Below are positions 37,230 to 50,702 of a stretch of 64,000 nucleotides of DNA, piece by piece. Made by a program: the position numbers and the translations under genes. The stretch lies in assembly GCA_032718475.1 (NCBI GenBank), contig JAUCBJ010008670.1, forward strand, positions 27,923-91,922, in the 5' to 3' direction. Position 1 is the stretch's first letter. Each line of letters begins with the position of its first letter. Source of the DNA: Nemertoderma westbladi (taxonomy: Eukaryota > Animalia > Xenacoelomorpha). The notes beneath the pieces are model-generated. The model was not told where the DNA came from. It worked only from the letters and a program-made list of their open reading frames with translations, and searched no databases.

Positions 37230-37320
37230 TATAACACAAAACATTAACCGGAATGGGGGGATTGAACTCGGTACCTAGCGATTCCAAGTTCCAGCTCTGC
37301 CAACTGAGCCAGTGGGGCCG
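37230..37320 (-). mobile_element. tRNA-like SINE head or tRNA pseudogene
   Basis: Minus strand GGCCCCACTGGCTCAGTTGGCAGAGC...CGAGTTCAATCCCCCC (A and B boxes). Confidence 0.5.
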
Positions 37321-39007
37321 TATCAAGCCTTGATACCAAAGCCTAACGAGAAATTACAACCCCAACAACAACGGAGTGAATACTAGAGGTCTCGCTACAC
37401 GGACCTAAAAATTTGGAGAGGAAAATACTAAATTGTGGAGTAGGGTTCGCATTACCTTATTATGCAGGATGGCCCTCTTCGTGTTCAATAAGTTCGAACA
37501 CATGTGATAAACAGAATATCAGCAAATAAACTTTTTATAATAAACTTTGTATAACAACCTCCGCCTTCGTCATCGGTAGTTATACAAGTTTAATTGCTTC
37601 AGGTTGATATATCGTATGGTATATCACCCCTAAAACAGGTGATATTCTCTGTATAGAATTCCTCTTTGCTAATCTAGTAAGGGTCGATAACTTATACTTC
37701 CACAAGAGTGACGTCGAACCAATCACCAATCAGTTTGAGAATTTAAATATTATTTGTCCTTTCTATCCGAAACACTGCCTTTCATTGTAAACGCCATTGT
37801 GTTTCTTCATATGATGTGGTTTTGTAATTTTAATCATGAAACTTGTTGGGTGTTTAAGGACTTCCTTGTGACTATGTCACTCCTATGAGCTAGCAGGTTA
37901 CGAATTAAAGGATCGAATTAATTGAGGAATCGGGTGTCAAGTGTAATGATAACAAGGCATCGGTCCCACGAATCAAATATATTATATTCTTATATTACAG
38001 TTTATCGGCTATCTGACAACCCCTGTGTCACAACATCCCATTCAATTAAACAGTAACTCACAAATACAATTCCTTTCTTTTTAACCAAATTGAGAACTCG
38101 GGTTGGTGTGGCTAACTTAATGAATGGAGAGTATTGATTGAAAACAGGCTGATTCCCGGCTCACAAACTCAAGATTTAACGAGATGTTATGATTGACAGA
38201 TGACGTTCAGAGAAGGCCCATTAGTTTCAATTGATTTCGAAGCAGCAGCTGTTCCCACACCCTTTGTGTTGTTCTGCATTGTTAGGACGATATCGCTGTA
38301 GGCCTATACCTAATATAATATGTTATTAGCCTATGATATTCAGTACTGTTGCCCTGCCTATTCTGGTAGGAAGCTTGAATGGATAGTTAATCATGCATAC
38401 TGTGATGGTATTCATATTCACTCAGAGGATGAGACGAAAATATTGACTTAATGTCCATCGTTTCTATTTTTGTTTTCGAATTTCGTTTCTTAACAATATT
38501 TTGATCAGTAAAAAATAATATTTCAAATTGAATTCCCACTGAATAAAAAAACAGCAGTGTCCCAAATTACGTTTGTCGAAGTAGTTAAGAAAGTGAAGTA
38601 CTTTTTAAGATTAATTTCCTGCTCTCAATATAAGTCGTATAAGTAGATTCCGTGTCAATTCTTCAAAATAGTCAACATTTCGAAAAATCCATGTCAACAC
38701 TTCAAAATGGTCAACACTTTCAAAACTTTCGCACAAATTTCAACACTTCGAAATAACAATGAATAATAACATAATAATAAAAATAAATAGTAATAATAAC
38801 GAAAACTAAGTTTGTATATATTTTGGTTACCATTTATTGTATTTAGGATAAAATTAAAACCAGTAATATATATGTTTCATGAGCCACTATGCAAGGATAT
38901 ATTATACTGCGATTCCCAATGTTTGGGCGTTGATTTCATCAGCATAGTGACCACTGCACTGTCTATGTTTCCGGCGTCGTACTACAGTACAGACCTGTGT
39001 AGGTAGC

Positions 39008-39362
39008 AAAGCAAGCAAGCAAACAGTTGGCTGAGGCCGGAGGCGACCCGAAGGCTCCTCTTTCGATAGCTGCTTCCCAAAGGTAGGGGTGGGCGCTACT
39101 CCTATCTGCTACCCGAAGGTAGGGGTGGGCGCTACTCCTATCTGCTACTCGAAGGTAGGGGTGGGCGCTACTCCTATCTGCTACCCGAAGGTAGGGGTGG
39201 GCGCTACTCCTATCCCTTGTTTTTCTCCCAGTAAGTTGGTACTTTAACTGGTAACTCATTTTATAGACCCCAGTGGATGAAAGGCTGGCTAAGTGGACCC
39301 TGGAGGGGCTGAACCTACAACCAATAGATTGCAGGCCCGGCGCTCAAACAACTGAGCTACAT
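39008..39362 (-). mobile_element. tRNA-derived SINE with an internal ~36-bp tandem expansion
   Basis: Reverse complement of the 22170 SINE; four copies of GAAGGTAGGGGTGGGCGCTACTCCTATC(TGCTACCC); (GCTT)n tail. Confidence 0.85.
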
Positions 39363-39404
39363 TATTTAATTTTGAAGTAGAAGCTTGAGTAACCAATAAT
39401 TACG

Positions 39405-39708
39405 AATTATATTTATTTATTTATCAAGCACGTTAAGTAAAAAACCTTACCGGTAGGTGTGTTAGTACCAAAGTATGTAAAAACCAAAAAGCAACAAGAC
39501 CTAGACGTTGGTGCCTGGATTGGAATCCTGAGAATGCCTTCAGCTGCGGGGCGAAACCTACCGATCAGATTGCTTCTGTCAGCTGATCACTGATTGCATG
39601 CAACGTCTAGGTCTTGTTGCTTTTTAGTTTTTGACATACTTTGGTACTAACACACCTACCGGTAAGGTTTTTTACTTAATATGCTTGATAAATACATAAA
39701 TATAATTA
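39405..39708. repeat. Palindromic element, ~105-bp arms around a ~90-bp spacer
   Basis: 39405-39510 is the near-exact reverse complement of 39601-39708. Confidence 0.85.
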
Positions 39709-40388
39709 TTAATTATTTAATTTATCATAATTCATTGTTTGAATTATCCAATTTCATGACCTCTAAACAATACTGACGACACTCACACACAGAGGAAGTG
39801 TGGACCACGCAAAACCAACGTGGCTTAAGCCCGAAGGGTTCCACCACGGACTACACAGTTGCTTTACTCATTGCTACCTAAGTCAACCAGAACACAGTTC
39901 AAGTCCGTGTGAAAGCACTATTATACAACCAAACTCTGCAGCTGTAGCTTTTCAGAAGTCTCGCGATATTGATACTTGATATTTACTTGATATTTATTTC
40001 TTTATGCTGGTTACATATACAAATTTTAACAAATACATATTAACAACATTAACCAATAAAATTTAACCAATATTTAAAAAAAAGAAAAAAATTTATAGTG
40101 TGAGACGACCACCACAGAAGACTAATAGCCAGGGCTAGTGCTGTCTTCCTGTGGTGGCCAGAACCAACAGGGGGGGGGGGGGGGGGGGGGGGGGGTGCCT
40201 GGTCCTTTTGAAATTTCGAATGTAGGCCTATATTACCGAACACATACACGTATGTATTGTGTAACGTAAATCAAACAGTTTAACTACATTGTGGTTCGCA
40301 TATATTTTAATTCTGTTTCAATTTTTATTGGGATTATTACCTTTATTTTTGTATGATTGAATATTAAAATTAAAATTAACGGTAAATG

Positions 40389-40520
40389 TTATAGCTCTGA
40401 AAATAAGTGGCTTTTTAAGTTTGACGTAAAAGACGATTTTGATATTTTATTGCGTATCTCTAGTGGCACAGAATTCCAGATCGAGGGTCCTCGAAACCTC
40501 ACTGATCTCTGTGAGAAGAA
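40389..40520 (-). mobile_element. 3' fragment of a CR1/L2-group LINE ORF2
   Basis: Minus strand FSQRSVRFRGPSIWNSVPLEIRNKISKSSFTSNLKSHLFSEL*, the typical ORF2 C-terminus. Confidence 0.65.
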
Positions 40521-41389
40521 AGAAAGAAAGGGAAGATCTTTCTTTTCAAGAAAGGGATAATTAATTAATAAGTTAATTGACGATACAAATTCTCAGTAAA
40601 TAGCCAAAAGCAACTTAAAAGAATATACGTAACAACAGGAAACAATGGAACAAAATATAGAGAAGACACAAAGAAGATTTCAAATTTCATGACAGTAACA
40701 AATCAGGAAGTTACCTTCAATGATTTATTTAACTATATAACCAACCTGGTAGAGGGGGGAATTCTGCACCAAGATCTGGAATGAATAACTGTAATTACTG
40801 TATACCAGTAACGAAAAACTATAAACTGAAATGATAGTACCAAAGTTATTCATATATTTCGCAATATTGTTCCTTATTACTAAAAAAATTAACAGAATTA
40901 GTAAATGGTAGTAATTAGTAAAATATACTATTATTTTCATTATAATTTTTAAAAATTTACAATGAAAAGGCGCTCTTCAAATCATTACTTCGAAGTATTG
41001 ACATGGTTTTTCGAAGTGTTGACCATATAAACTGTTCAAGTATAATCCAGTTCACTTCCTGCATATATATATTGCAAATGAAAAAATGTTACTAAATGTT
41101 TCCCATTCTCAAATTTAATTCCATCGATAACTTATGAAAGTACCATGTTTAGTTCACTTTTTAATCTAGGAAACTGTGATGAATTTCTTCGCGCCGACTA
41201 AACTGTAGATTTGACTTTGACATATTTTTATATATTATTTAAACTGTAATTGATTCATTCATGGTCCAATTGAAGATGGTCTAATTAATCTGTAATCTAT
41301 CTATGCTAAAATTACGTTAACATGCCGGGGTGTTAGTTTCCCTTAATTTATAGTTGAGATTGTTAATTCTCCGAGATGTAATACGTATA

Positions 41390-41560
41390 AATGATGAAGA
41401 TGATCGTCTTGCATTAATGTGCAGCTGAACCAGCAACTTCCCGCCCCCAGATCTCACTGTCAACCTCAACCATGCACTTTCATGGTTCATCCCTGATCTC
41501 AAGTCCAGTGTCCTTGAGAAGGCTTTGATGAAAGTCATTGGTTGACCACCATGTCTGGTG
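41390..41560 (-). mobile_element. Short 3' fragment of an RTE-clade LINE
   Basis: RHGGQPMTF matches KHGGQPMSF in the 28168-28668 copy; (TCA)n tail. Confidence 0.6.
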
Positions 41561-43204
41561 ATGTGCATCAATAGTCGCCCCACAGTCTTTTATAATTCTA
41601 ATATGACTAGGTCGAGCGAGATCAAAATTTGGTCCTTCCAGACGTAATCGACTCTAATTGTCCCAAGTTCGTTGCTCCCAAGTCTAATATCCCTTTTTCA
41701 AGTTGGTCTATAATATATGTCATGATCATTGTGTTGGTTACCAGAAAAGTAAATCTGACAATCCAGCAGTACCCACTTAATTCTCAATCTGTATTCACAA
41801 AGAGTGGTTGATACCACGACCACCTGTCTTATTGTACCATAAAGTTATCATTCGTCTTGTCTAACAACCATCAATTCGTTGTTCAATTGATCGTCAGTAT
41901 TCATATTCGTCTACTATAATTATAGGTAACATCTAAGTTTTAACTCCTGTTTAGTTAACGTTGTCGAGAGATTCCATCATCCAACCTTATACAGCGGAAA
42001 TATGATGAGCTGTTTTGAAAGTTATCGTTCTGAAATGAAGACAATCATCATTCAATTAAAATGGTTTTAGTTGAATTACAAATTTCACGCGGCGCATGGC
42101 ACACAAGTGGATAATCAATAGCCTAACGACTTGGGCTAATGCAAATCTCTGGGATAACCGTGTCGACGGGATTTCTCGTAAAACATTCTGGCTCGGAGAG
42201 CCAAATAGGGGGGGCCACTCGATGACCCTTGGAGCGTAAAGAACGGGATGGGCGGAGTATCTTAACTAACTACCCAAGCGAAACCAACCCGGGCCATTAA
42301 TCGACTTAACTTATATATATATACCAACGCCGTTAGGCCACGCCCCAACTACCATCCAGAGCGACCCGTTAATTTGGCCGGCCTTATACAAGATCACAAT
42401 ATGGCATTGGTTGGTTAGCTATAACACTCACAATTAACCAGGAAGAGTATCGTTGTTGGTACCCTGCTCGGCCATGTGTGTAGAGCAAAACATCACTTGA
42501 GCGTGTCATGATTGACAGCCAAGACAATGGGGTAACCTCAGTTCAACGTAGGGGTTGGACCTGGGTTCAGAACACAACAGGGGCATATTAATCTCAGTGC
42601 AATCCAAATCGGCCCATAATATATCGTTTGTTAGACGACTGGTGATCCTTTCGTATTCCTTCCTACTGTACTTGTACATACCTGTTTTACCCAACAACTC
42701 ACCACCCTATGGAGGCCACCCTGATAAATTATCGGCCATATTGATTGTATGGTTGGAAAAATATGTCATTTTTCTTTTGTGCCCATTGTCCCGCTTTATC
42801 AATGGCAGTGTAAGTCATTACGTGTAACACACCTTCGGGGCCTGTCAATAAAGCCGGGTAATGTAGAATTAATTCCCTCGTAACCTAAATCCATAATCGC
42901 GATGATTACAACTTCATCAGGGGATGATAACCAGGACTGATGTGACAGCAGGGCGGTTATATAGATTTAGAGAACTGTTACAAATACCGCATGATGTCAT
43001 TGTAATAGCTGGTAATGCCCACTAAAAAGATGTTAAAAACTAAAAATATAAAAACTATTAAAAATATAAATTACTTTATATTCTGAATTTGTTACATTTT
43101 AATATGGGTTGCTTGGGTGTGTGATATAAATGAAATAGATATTCATTTCTCCTCATTTATGAATTGGCTTTATAACAATTTAACGAAAACTAGGCCATAA
43201 TGCA

Positions 43205-43900
43205 TAACAGCCATAATGCAGCTCATAGACAGATCTACTGCAGCATATACATAGCTCTAATGCATCTCATACACTTATCAAAGCAGCTCATACAGAGTTC
43301 CAATGCAGCTCATACACATATCAAAGCAGCTCATACAGAGTTCCAATGCAGCTCATACACATATCAAAGCAGCTCATACAGAGTTCCAATGCAGCTCATA
43401 CACATATCAAAGCAGCTCATACAGAGTTCCAATGCAGCTCATACACATATCAAAGCAGCTCATACAGAGTTCCAATGCAGCTCATACACTTCTCTATACA
43501 GCTCATACACAGCTCTAATGCACCTCATACACAGCTCAATTCAGCTAATACACAGCTCAATGCAGCTCATACACAACTCTAAGGCAGCGTATACATAGCT
43601 CTAATACAGCTCATAGCAGCTCATACACCGATCAATGCAGCACAAACACAGTTCTAATGCAGATCATACACAGCTCCAATGCCTCTCTAATTCAGCTCAT
43701 ATACAGCTCAATGCAGCTCATACACAGCTATAATGCAACCCATACAGAGCTCTATTGCAGCTCATACACAGCTCAATGCAGCTCATACACAGCTATAATG
43801 CAACCCATACAGAGCTCTATTGCAGCTCATACACAGCTCAATGCAGCTCATACACAGCTATAATGCAACCCATACACAGCTCTATTGCAGCTCATACACA
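43205..43900. repeat. Minisatellite of ~21-22-bp GCAGCTCATACA subunits with 43-bp and ~64-bp higher-order units
   Basis: CAATGCAGCTCATACACATATCAAAGCAGCTCATACAGAGTTC repeated exactly at 43301-43480, degenerating outward. Confidence 0.92.
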
Positions 43901-45054
43901 TAGTGCCGAAAATTTGAAATTCAGCTGTCGACAGCAACAACGTGAACTCAAAGCGAATGCATGCTCGAACTTCTTCTCACCCATTTTTAATCCCAGGCCG
44001 TTGCTGTTTGTTTGACTTTTTATCAATGCTTACTTTTTGACGCAATGGGGGAAAGTATTTTTTTTATTTCCATTGCAGAGAGTATTGAGTTTTTTTTTAT
44101 GACATTCCCTCGATCGTTCATGCTTTTTATTGCCAATCATGTATTAAGTTTTAGACACTAAACTGTGTTGAATAAAACCAGTTCACACTCACACATCGTT
44201 AAAGCTAACGTTCTTGGTGTTCCTGTAAAGTTATCTTGTACATACCTTTGATTGATAAATGGATTTAATATAATTTGAACACTTATTCCACACATTGTAA
44301 TTATTATTGACGGATAATTGTCATCTGCCAAGGACAGGAGGGAATCGCCCGACATTTTATATGGTAGATCACGGATGGCGGATATATTACTCTTTATGAG
44401 GGTACCTTTATGACTAATTAAATTTTGCATGAATTCTATTTTGGGGCTCAATATACTGTAAGAATATATGAAGGTATCTAGGCAACCTCCCTTTTATAGT
44501 TCTAGGGTTGGAGCTAATCCCTTCAGACAGTGTAATAAAATATTAATTATGTGGCTTATTAATGTAGAAAATTGACAGGTATGTGTCATGTGTATCAACT
44601 GCTTCTATCATCTTTATTCCACATTCACATTAAATTAACTGACCCAGACTGTAGGTTATCAGTGATCAGATGATAAAATAAATTGAGAGCCATGACTCGC
44701 CCCGAAAATTAGCTTTCTCAATAGACCGGGCTGAAAAATTACAATGGCCATAGTTTGAACACGAGAGAGAGAACGGCAACTGGGCAGCAGCACCTAAAAC
44801 ATGGGCTCATCGATTTTCTGGTTTTAATTAGTATATGTGATACTTTAGCAACAGCGGAAGCTTGGAATTTTTTTCTTTTCTCTTGATATAACCAAAACAA
44901 AATATGTTAGAGTATGTTTAAATGTTTTTTGTTCGAAGTTATAATAATTGTTAGAGATGGAAACGTGAGATTCCAAAGTAAATGTTTAAGGAGCTATGCT
45001 CTAAACAATATATACAGTATTTCTATCAAATGCAGTTGCTTGGTAGGTAACAAA

Positions 45055-45395
45055 TTAATTAATAAATACACCATATTAATTCCTGATCATTTTTTTAATT
45101 ATGTATGAACACGAACAGCTACGTAATAGTATGATTAAAGAGGTATTGCTTTGTTGCCCAGCTACATAATATAATACTATCATAATATAATGGATTTATT
45201 AAATAGAATAAAATTGCCTCGATTAGGTTCATAACCATGCAACTTTCGAACGCCAATATCTCAGCTATTTTACGACGAAATTTAAATTGTGTTACATATT
45301 TGGAATCCTTGTATTGTCAGCTTTCAATCGCTTCCAACAAACAAAAGAATAACTGCAGAGGGACTGGTGCTATGTCGACGGAGACACTTTTTCCA
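45055..45395. mobile_element. Degraded internal fragment of the long-TIR MITE family
   Basis: AATAAATACACCATATT...GTGTTACATATTTGGAATCCTTG shared with the 34785 and 47358 copies. Confidence 0.6.
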
Positions 45396-46399
45396 ATTAT
45401 ATAGACTTACCTATTTTATGTAACTTATAGAAAAGATACAATGATCACTCCTGTTTTAACCACAACATAATTCGCATCAAAAATAAGTTAAAGTAAAGTA
45501 TTAAGAAGTACCAGTACGAGTACAGTAGAGGAATTATTAACAGTAAAATATTTTCTTAGTTACCCGTATATGACAGGCATTCCAAAAATGTACTTCTATG
45601 CATAACAGTTCAAGTTAGATGATGTCGTAATAGTGAATATGCCTAGAAGACTTAGCTAATTTGATTCACCATGGTTTGATGGAAGGAAACAAGGCAATTA
45701 AGCCCACCTCATATGGCCTTGTATCAGTCCTCTCTTCAACAACAAAGATGCCCTTACAACTCAATCCCCTGCGGCCGCATCCACCAGACACTTGTATTGT
45801 CTCCCCTTTTCGGACACAAGATGCCTTGTTGGCTTGCCAACTTCTTTTTGACAGGGCGGGGCAATTTACCTGTGAGTGACAGGCTATTACGGGCAGATCA
45901 ATTTGCACAGGTATTGTTCGGCAGTCAGATAAGTGGCTTTGGGTTCCGGAAAGTCCCATTAACCACACATTGTATTTATTTGGCGGGGCGGCCCGAAGGG
46001 TGGTGATCCCGGACTGGTTCGCTAAGTTCACTAGAGGCCTTTCGTAGAGAACCTTTGTTGAGAGAGAGAGAAGATGGCTTTCAGTGCAAAGCATCTATAC
46101 TGCGGCTGGGGACGCCGTTTACCAACCAATGGATTACAATAGGCACTTGGAACAAAACAATTCCCGACAAAGTATACAGCGTATAATAGAACTAAATACT
46201 GAATGTGGACGACCTTTGCATAATGGTGGCCGGCTAGAGCATATTCTGGGTGGTCGTTTTCTTTAATTAGGTCCATGGTGGTAGTCAAAGTTTGAAACCT
46301 CAAGTCCCAAAATTTTGATAAAAGACCCGACATCTTCGGAATTATGTGGTCCAGAATAATTCATAGTCTGCGTTCATAAAAAAATATATTAGAATTAAT

Positions 46400-46665
46400 A
46401 TAGTTTCAGTTTGAATTAAAAAAGTTTCAGTTTGAATTAAAAAAGTTTCAGTTTGAATGAAAAGTTTCAGTTTGAATTAAATACTATTTCAATTTGAATT
46501 AAAAACGTTTCAGTTATGAAAAGCTACTGTTTGAATGAAAACGGTTTTATTTTCAATGAAAAATGATTTCAGTTTGAAAGAAAAATTTTTTGTTTTGTTT
46601 CAGTTTGAATTAAAATAGTACTTTCAGTTTAAATAAAAGACATTTCAGTTTGAATTCAAAAATAG
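46400..46665. repeat. Degenerate ~20-bp tandem repeat AAAGTTTCAGTTTGAATTAA
   Basis: About ten recognisable TTTCAGTTTGAA cores. Confidence 0.8.
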
Positions 46666-47357
46666 TTTAGCGTTTCTGAAGGTAAAAATTATCAGTTCGA
46701 CGGGAAAAATAGTTCGAAAGGAGAAACAAAAAAGTTAAGGTGGAATAATAAACTCTTCGCAAGAGAAACGAATCATCTATAAACTAGTGATCTTAAGAAT
46801 TCTAATAACGAATTTGACCCATCAGTTTGACCCATTGAACCCCATCAGTCAAATATTTTGTAATAATTATGAAGCGTTATATTCTTTGTGTTGCTGTATC
46901 AAAGGAATAATTCGTATCTAACTTTGTGTGTGGCAATGATAAAGGGGATTTAATGGAAAAAATATTTGCGTATATTTATTTTTAATGATCGAGAAATTGT
47001 TATATCTAATAACATATATAACTACAATAATATATTCAAAATCGTTGAAATAAATATGAAATAATAGCAGGTAGAATATATTATTATTAATTATATTATT
47101 TCTTTCGAATTTATATAAAAGTATAATTAACACAATATTGAAACTATATTAAAATCTAAGCTATCGGATATCTTAAATTATTATCAACTAAATGACTTGT
47201 TTGTCACATGATAAACTTTATATTATTATTCGATATATTACATATTACTATGTTTCAATTAAAATATATACTTAGTTTATTTATTATAATTAAAAATTTT
47301 AAATTATTAAACGAAGTTCTTCAGAACAAATGATAATATACCAGTCAAACACTGATT

Positions 47358-47954
47358 CACCATGTCCTGGAATATAGTAGTGTCGTTATTCAGGCAGGCC
47401 ATTTATTCTTTTCAATAAATACACATACACAATGTTCTAGAAAATTTCGCTTATGTATGTACTACTGCTAGGAATATCCATATACTAGTATTATCATGTA
47501 GGCATTGCATTGTTGCCAAGCTACTTATGAGATAAACAAAATGTTCCAGAATGTTATGCATTTATTATATAGAATAAACGGCCCGCAGTGGAAGCAAATA
47601 CATGCACATGCGACTTTCGAATGCCCATATCTCTGCTATTTCCAAACCAAATTCAAATATTATATATTTGAAATCCTTGCATGGCCAGCTTTTCACTAGT
47701 ACCAACAAATCACTATAAGGTTGAAAATAACTGCGGTGTAACTTGTGCAATTTCGCCGGAGACACTTTTTTCAAACTGTAGCTTAAGAATAAATGCAAAA
47801 ATAAAAATACTGGCTCACCCAGCAAAGAGGAGGAAGGTGAAACTATTTCTGTTTCAAATTCCATGCAATCTCATGAAGATTTTGTAGAAAAACTTTGGGG
47901 GGGGGGGTGGTGGGCATGTAACAGAATAACGAAACTATATTCCAGGACGTGGTT
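47358..47954. mobile_element. Long-TIR MITE family copy with a deleted left arm
   Basis: CACCATGTCCTGGAATATAGT ... ACTATATTCCAGGACGTGGT termini; internal homology to 20945-21331. Confidence 0.78.
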
Positions 47955-49543
47955 TAAGTAGTGATCATCAGTATGAATAAAATCTAAACGCATACCCAAA
48001 ACATAATTTAATTTGATGTATCCCTGAAAACAAATTCTAATTATAATAGGTTATTTTCAATTTTCGCTTATTGTAATAAAAAATAATGCAATTTGCTAAT
48101 GGGTTCATGTAATAATATATTGATCGGTTCAACGATAATGTATGTGTTAGCAGACCTTTACCAAAATTATATTATAATTGTATAAAAACGACAGTGAATT
48201 GGATTTCGAAAACCAACAGACACTTATTCAGAGCATGCAACAAATAATTATTTATAATATGAAAAAGGTTCGAGAACAATTCAATAGCATAAAGGAAACT
48301 TATGTTCTAGAATTATTCTTCGAAGTATAGCATCTATGACAAAATATAGTAAACCAATAGTAACATGTAGTAATTTTAAATTTTTCGATTTGAGCACTCC
48401 CTGGAAGCGCTCCCTCACTAAACAAATAAAACATACTAAATTCGGATCTTTCTACATTAATTAATTGCGGATCTTTCCACGAAAGTAGAGTTAGTCATTC
48501 ATTCTGTATGATTATTATAAAAGCTCAATACTCTAAGTCTACTAGTGTAAGACTACTTATATAACTGCACATAACAAACAACATGATTCGGTTCCCAAAT
48601 AATCTTTGTATATCCATCAATTCACCTAGAACACGAGGGAGGGCACTGTAGTATTCCTCTAAAACAACAAGTAAGGCTTACTGTTGGGAAAATGTCGCGT
48701 TTTTTAATTGTTTGACGAGTGGTGAAAAATAAGTAAAGTATAGTTATCAGAACATATGAAATATAAAACACCTGAGGGAACCCACACTGTTGTATGTGAG
48801 GAAGTGGGTGCCACTCTCACTCCTATGGTTGGAGATATGATGGAAACTTGACGCAAATCTCAATACGGAAAAATTAATATTTCGACTCAATGTTAAATTA
48901 TTACTTTAGGGAAAGGAGCGGGTTACAGTTAGCACGTTATTCCAACCAAAACTATAAACTGGACTACCAACAATGCTCTAACATAATGCCTTGCGCTCTT
49001 AAAATTGTTTAGTAATAACAAATACCCCCAAAAAGCATTACGTATGATAAAAATAATAATATAATATAATTTTTATAATTATAAAAATCTAAAAATACTC
49101 ATATTTCAGATGGAGATTGTTAATGTTATAAATTATCTTAATATTCATTTACCGAAAATAAATATAGGGGTGAGTTTAATCTAGGAAATACCTATTTAAT
49201 ATCAATAAACAATTATTATTCGTTATGGAATGAATAAGTTGGAACCGTCGGTCGCGTACATTAAAACAAATATAATAACTCTAGTCAGCACAGACACTAT
49301 ACCAAATGTTCAAAATTCTAAAGCAAGGCAAGGCCAACAAAACTACTGCATCACAGTTATTGCCAGTTTTCTCAAAAACACATTATTATTAGAATGTCAT
49401 GGAAGTTGGTCTTGCGTACCAATACGCAGTGTATGAAACTAAACATTCTATCTGGCGGCATTACTTTGTGCTCAAAGCAAGTTATATTTTAATTCCCATT
49501 CTCCAGACCCGAACATATTTACATATACATTGTCTTTGTGTCG

Positions 49544-49610
49544 CTATTTCAGCATATCCTCATCAAAGTCATCGTCGTCATCAACCATTAGGAATGCTTT
49601 TCCGCTGACA
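49544..49610 (-). CDS. six3/6: Candidate terminal exon of Six3/6
   Basis: Pyrimidine-rich acceptor TTTGTTTCATTGATTTCAG; phase 2 fits exon 1; gives (S)VSGKAFLMVDDDDDFDEDMLK*; no homology support. Confidence 0.35.
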
Positions 49611-50449
49611 CTGAAATCAATGAAACAAAGTATGTTTAACGTCTACAGATATATCAACATTCTCAAAAGATGACGGCAGGGCCAATGATTTCATGAAAAA
49701 ATTCATGATTACTAATATTTTCAAAAATTAAGTTTGAACGATTGTATACTCGAAAAAAGCTTTACATGGTAATTTGATCGCAAGTGTAGAAAGTTAGTAT
49801 AATATTTTTCAAGTGTCAGTAATAGCAATGTAATTCAGGTAAAAGCAAAAGGGGGCGGGTGGTGGGCTCTGAAATCCAAGGAAAGAATCAGATTTCATTT
49901 GAAAGGGCTCTTTTACTCACTAATATTCTTAAAATTGAGTTAATTAATCAAATTTTTTTCACTAATTTCCAGAAAATTATAGTTTAAAAAAGTATTTTTT
50001 TTAACTAATTTTTTTGGAAAATTAGTTTAAAAAAGTATTTTTTTAACTAATATTGCGGAAAATTAGTTAATACAGTACAAGTCTCACACAATCTTCACTC
50101 TGAACAGTACCGATACCGGTACTTGTACAGTACACGGTAACACAGTAGGCCTAGTACTGTCTGACTTTACAGTACTATCTGAATACTGGAATTTCTGATA
50201 GTGGATAGACCTGTCTCATCCTCAGATCCTACAGAATGGCTGTTAGAGGTACCGGCCGGACCTGATGGTAGGCCTAAATATTGACGATCTGTACGTGTTT
50301 GAAAATTTGAATGTGCAAGATGACGCGATGTTTTCTGAGCTACAGCCTCAGAAATCTTAGGATATCTATCTGAAAGCGTGGGCAGCATTAATAGAGTATT
50401 ATATGCCGTAAACAATGATAACGCTGGTGATATTTTTTCAAATAAAACA

Positions 50450-50702
50450 CTATATTCGATATAAAAACGTAACGGAAAACACTATTTTCCACTCATTTTC
50501 TTTAGCAAAATTTAGTTATTCTGCCCTCGTGTGCTGAGTTTTCCAGTCGTTGGCATTTTAACACTCGCATCGCTCGTGCTAAAAACCTGCCAACTCTAGT
50601 AAAACCCAACCACTCGGACAGAACGGTTGAATTTCGCTAAATTGAAAATGAGTAAAAAAAATGCGGTATTTTCCGCTTACTTTTTTTTTATCGAATAATA
50701 GT
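50450..50702. mobile_element. Imperfect ~250-bp palindromic element
   Basis: ACTATATTCGATATAAAAA / TTTTTTATCGAATAATAGT ends; centre CACTCGCATCGCTCGTG. Confidence 0.65.

Noticed and set aside
43200-44015. Repetitive His/Ser/Gln-rich ORFs
   Set aside because: Translations of a minisatellite, open in several frames
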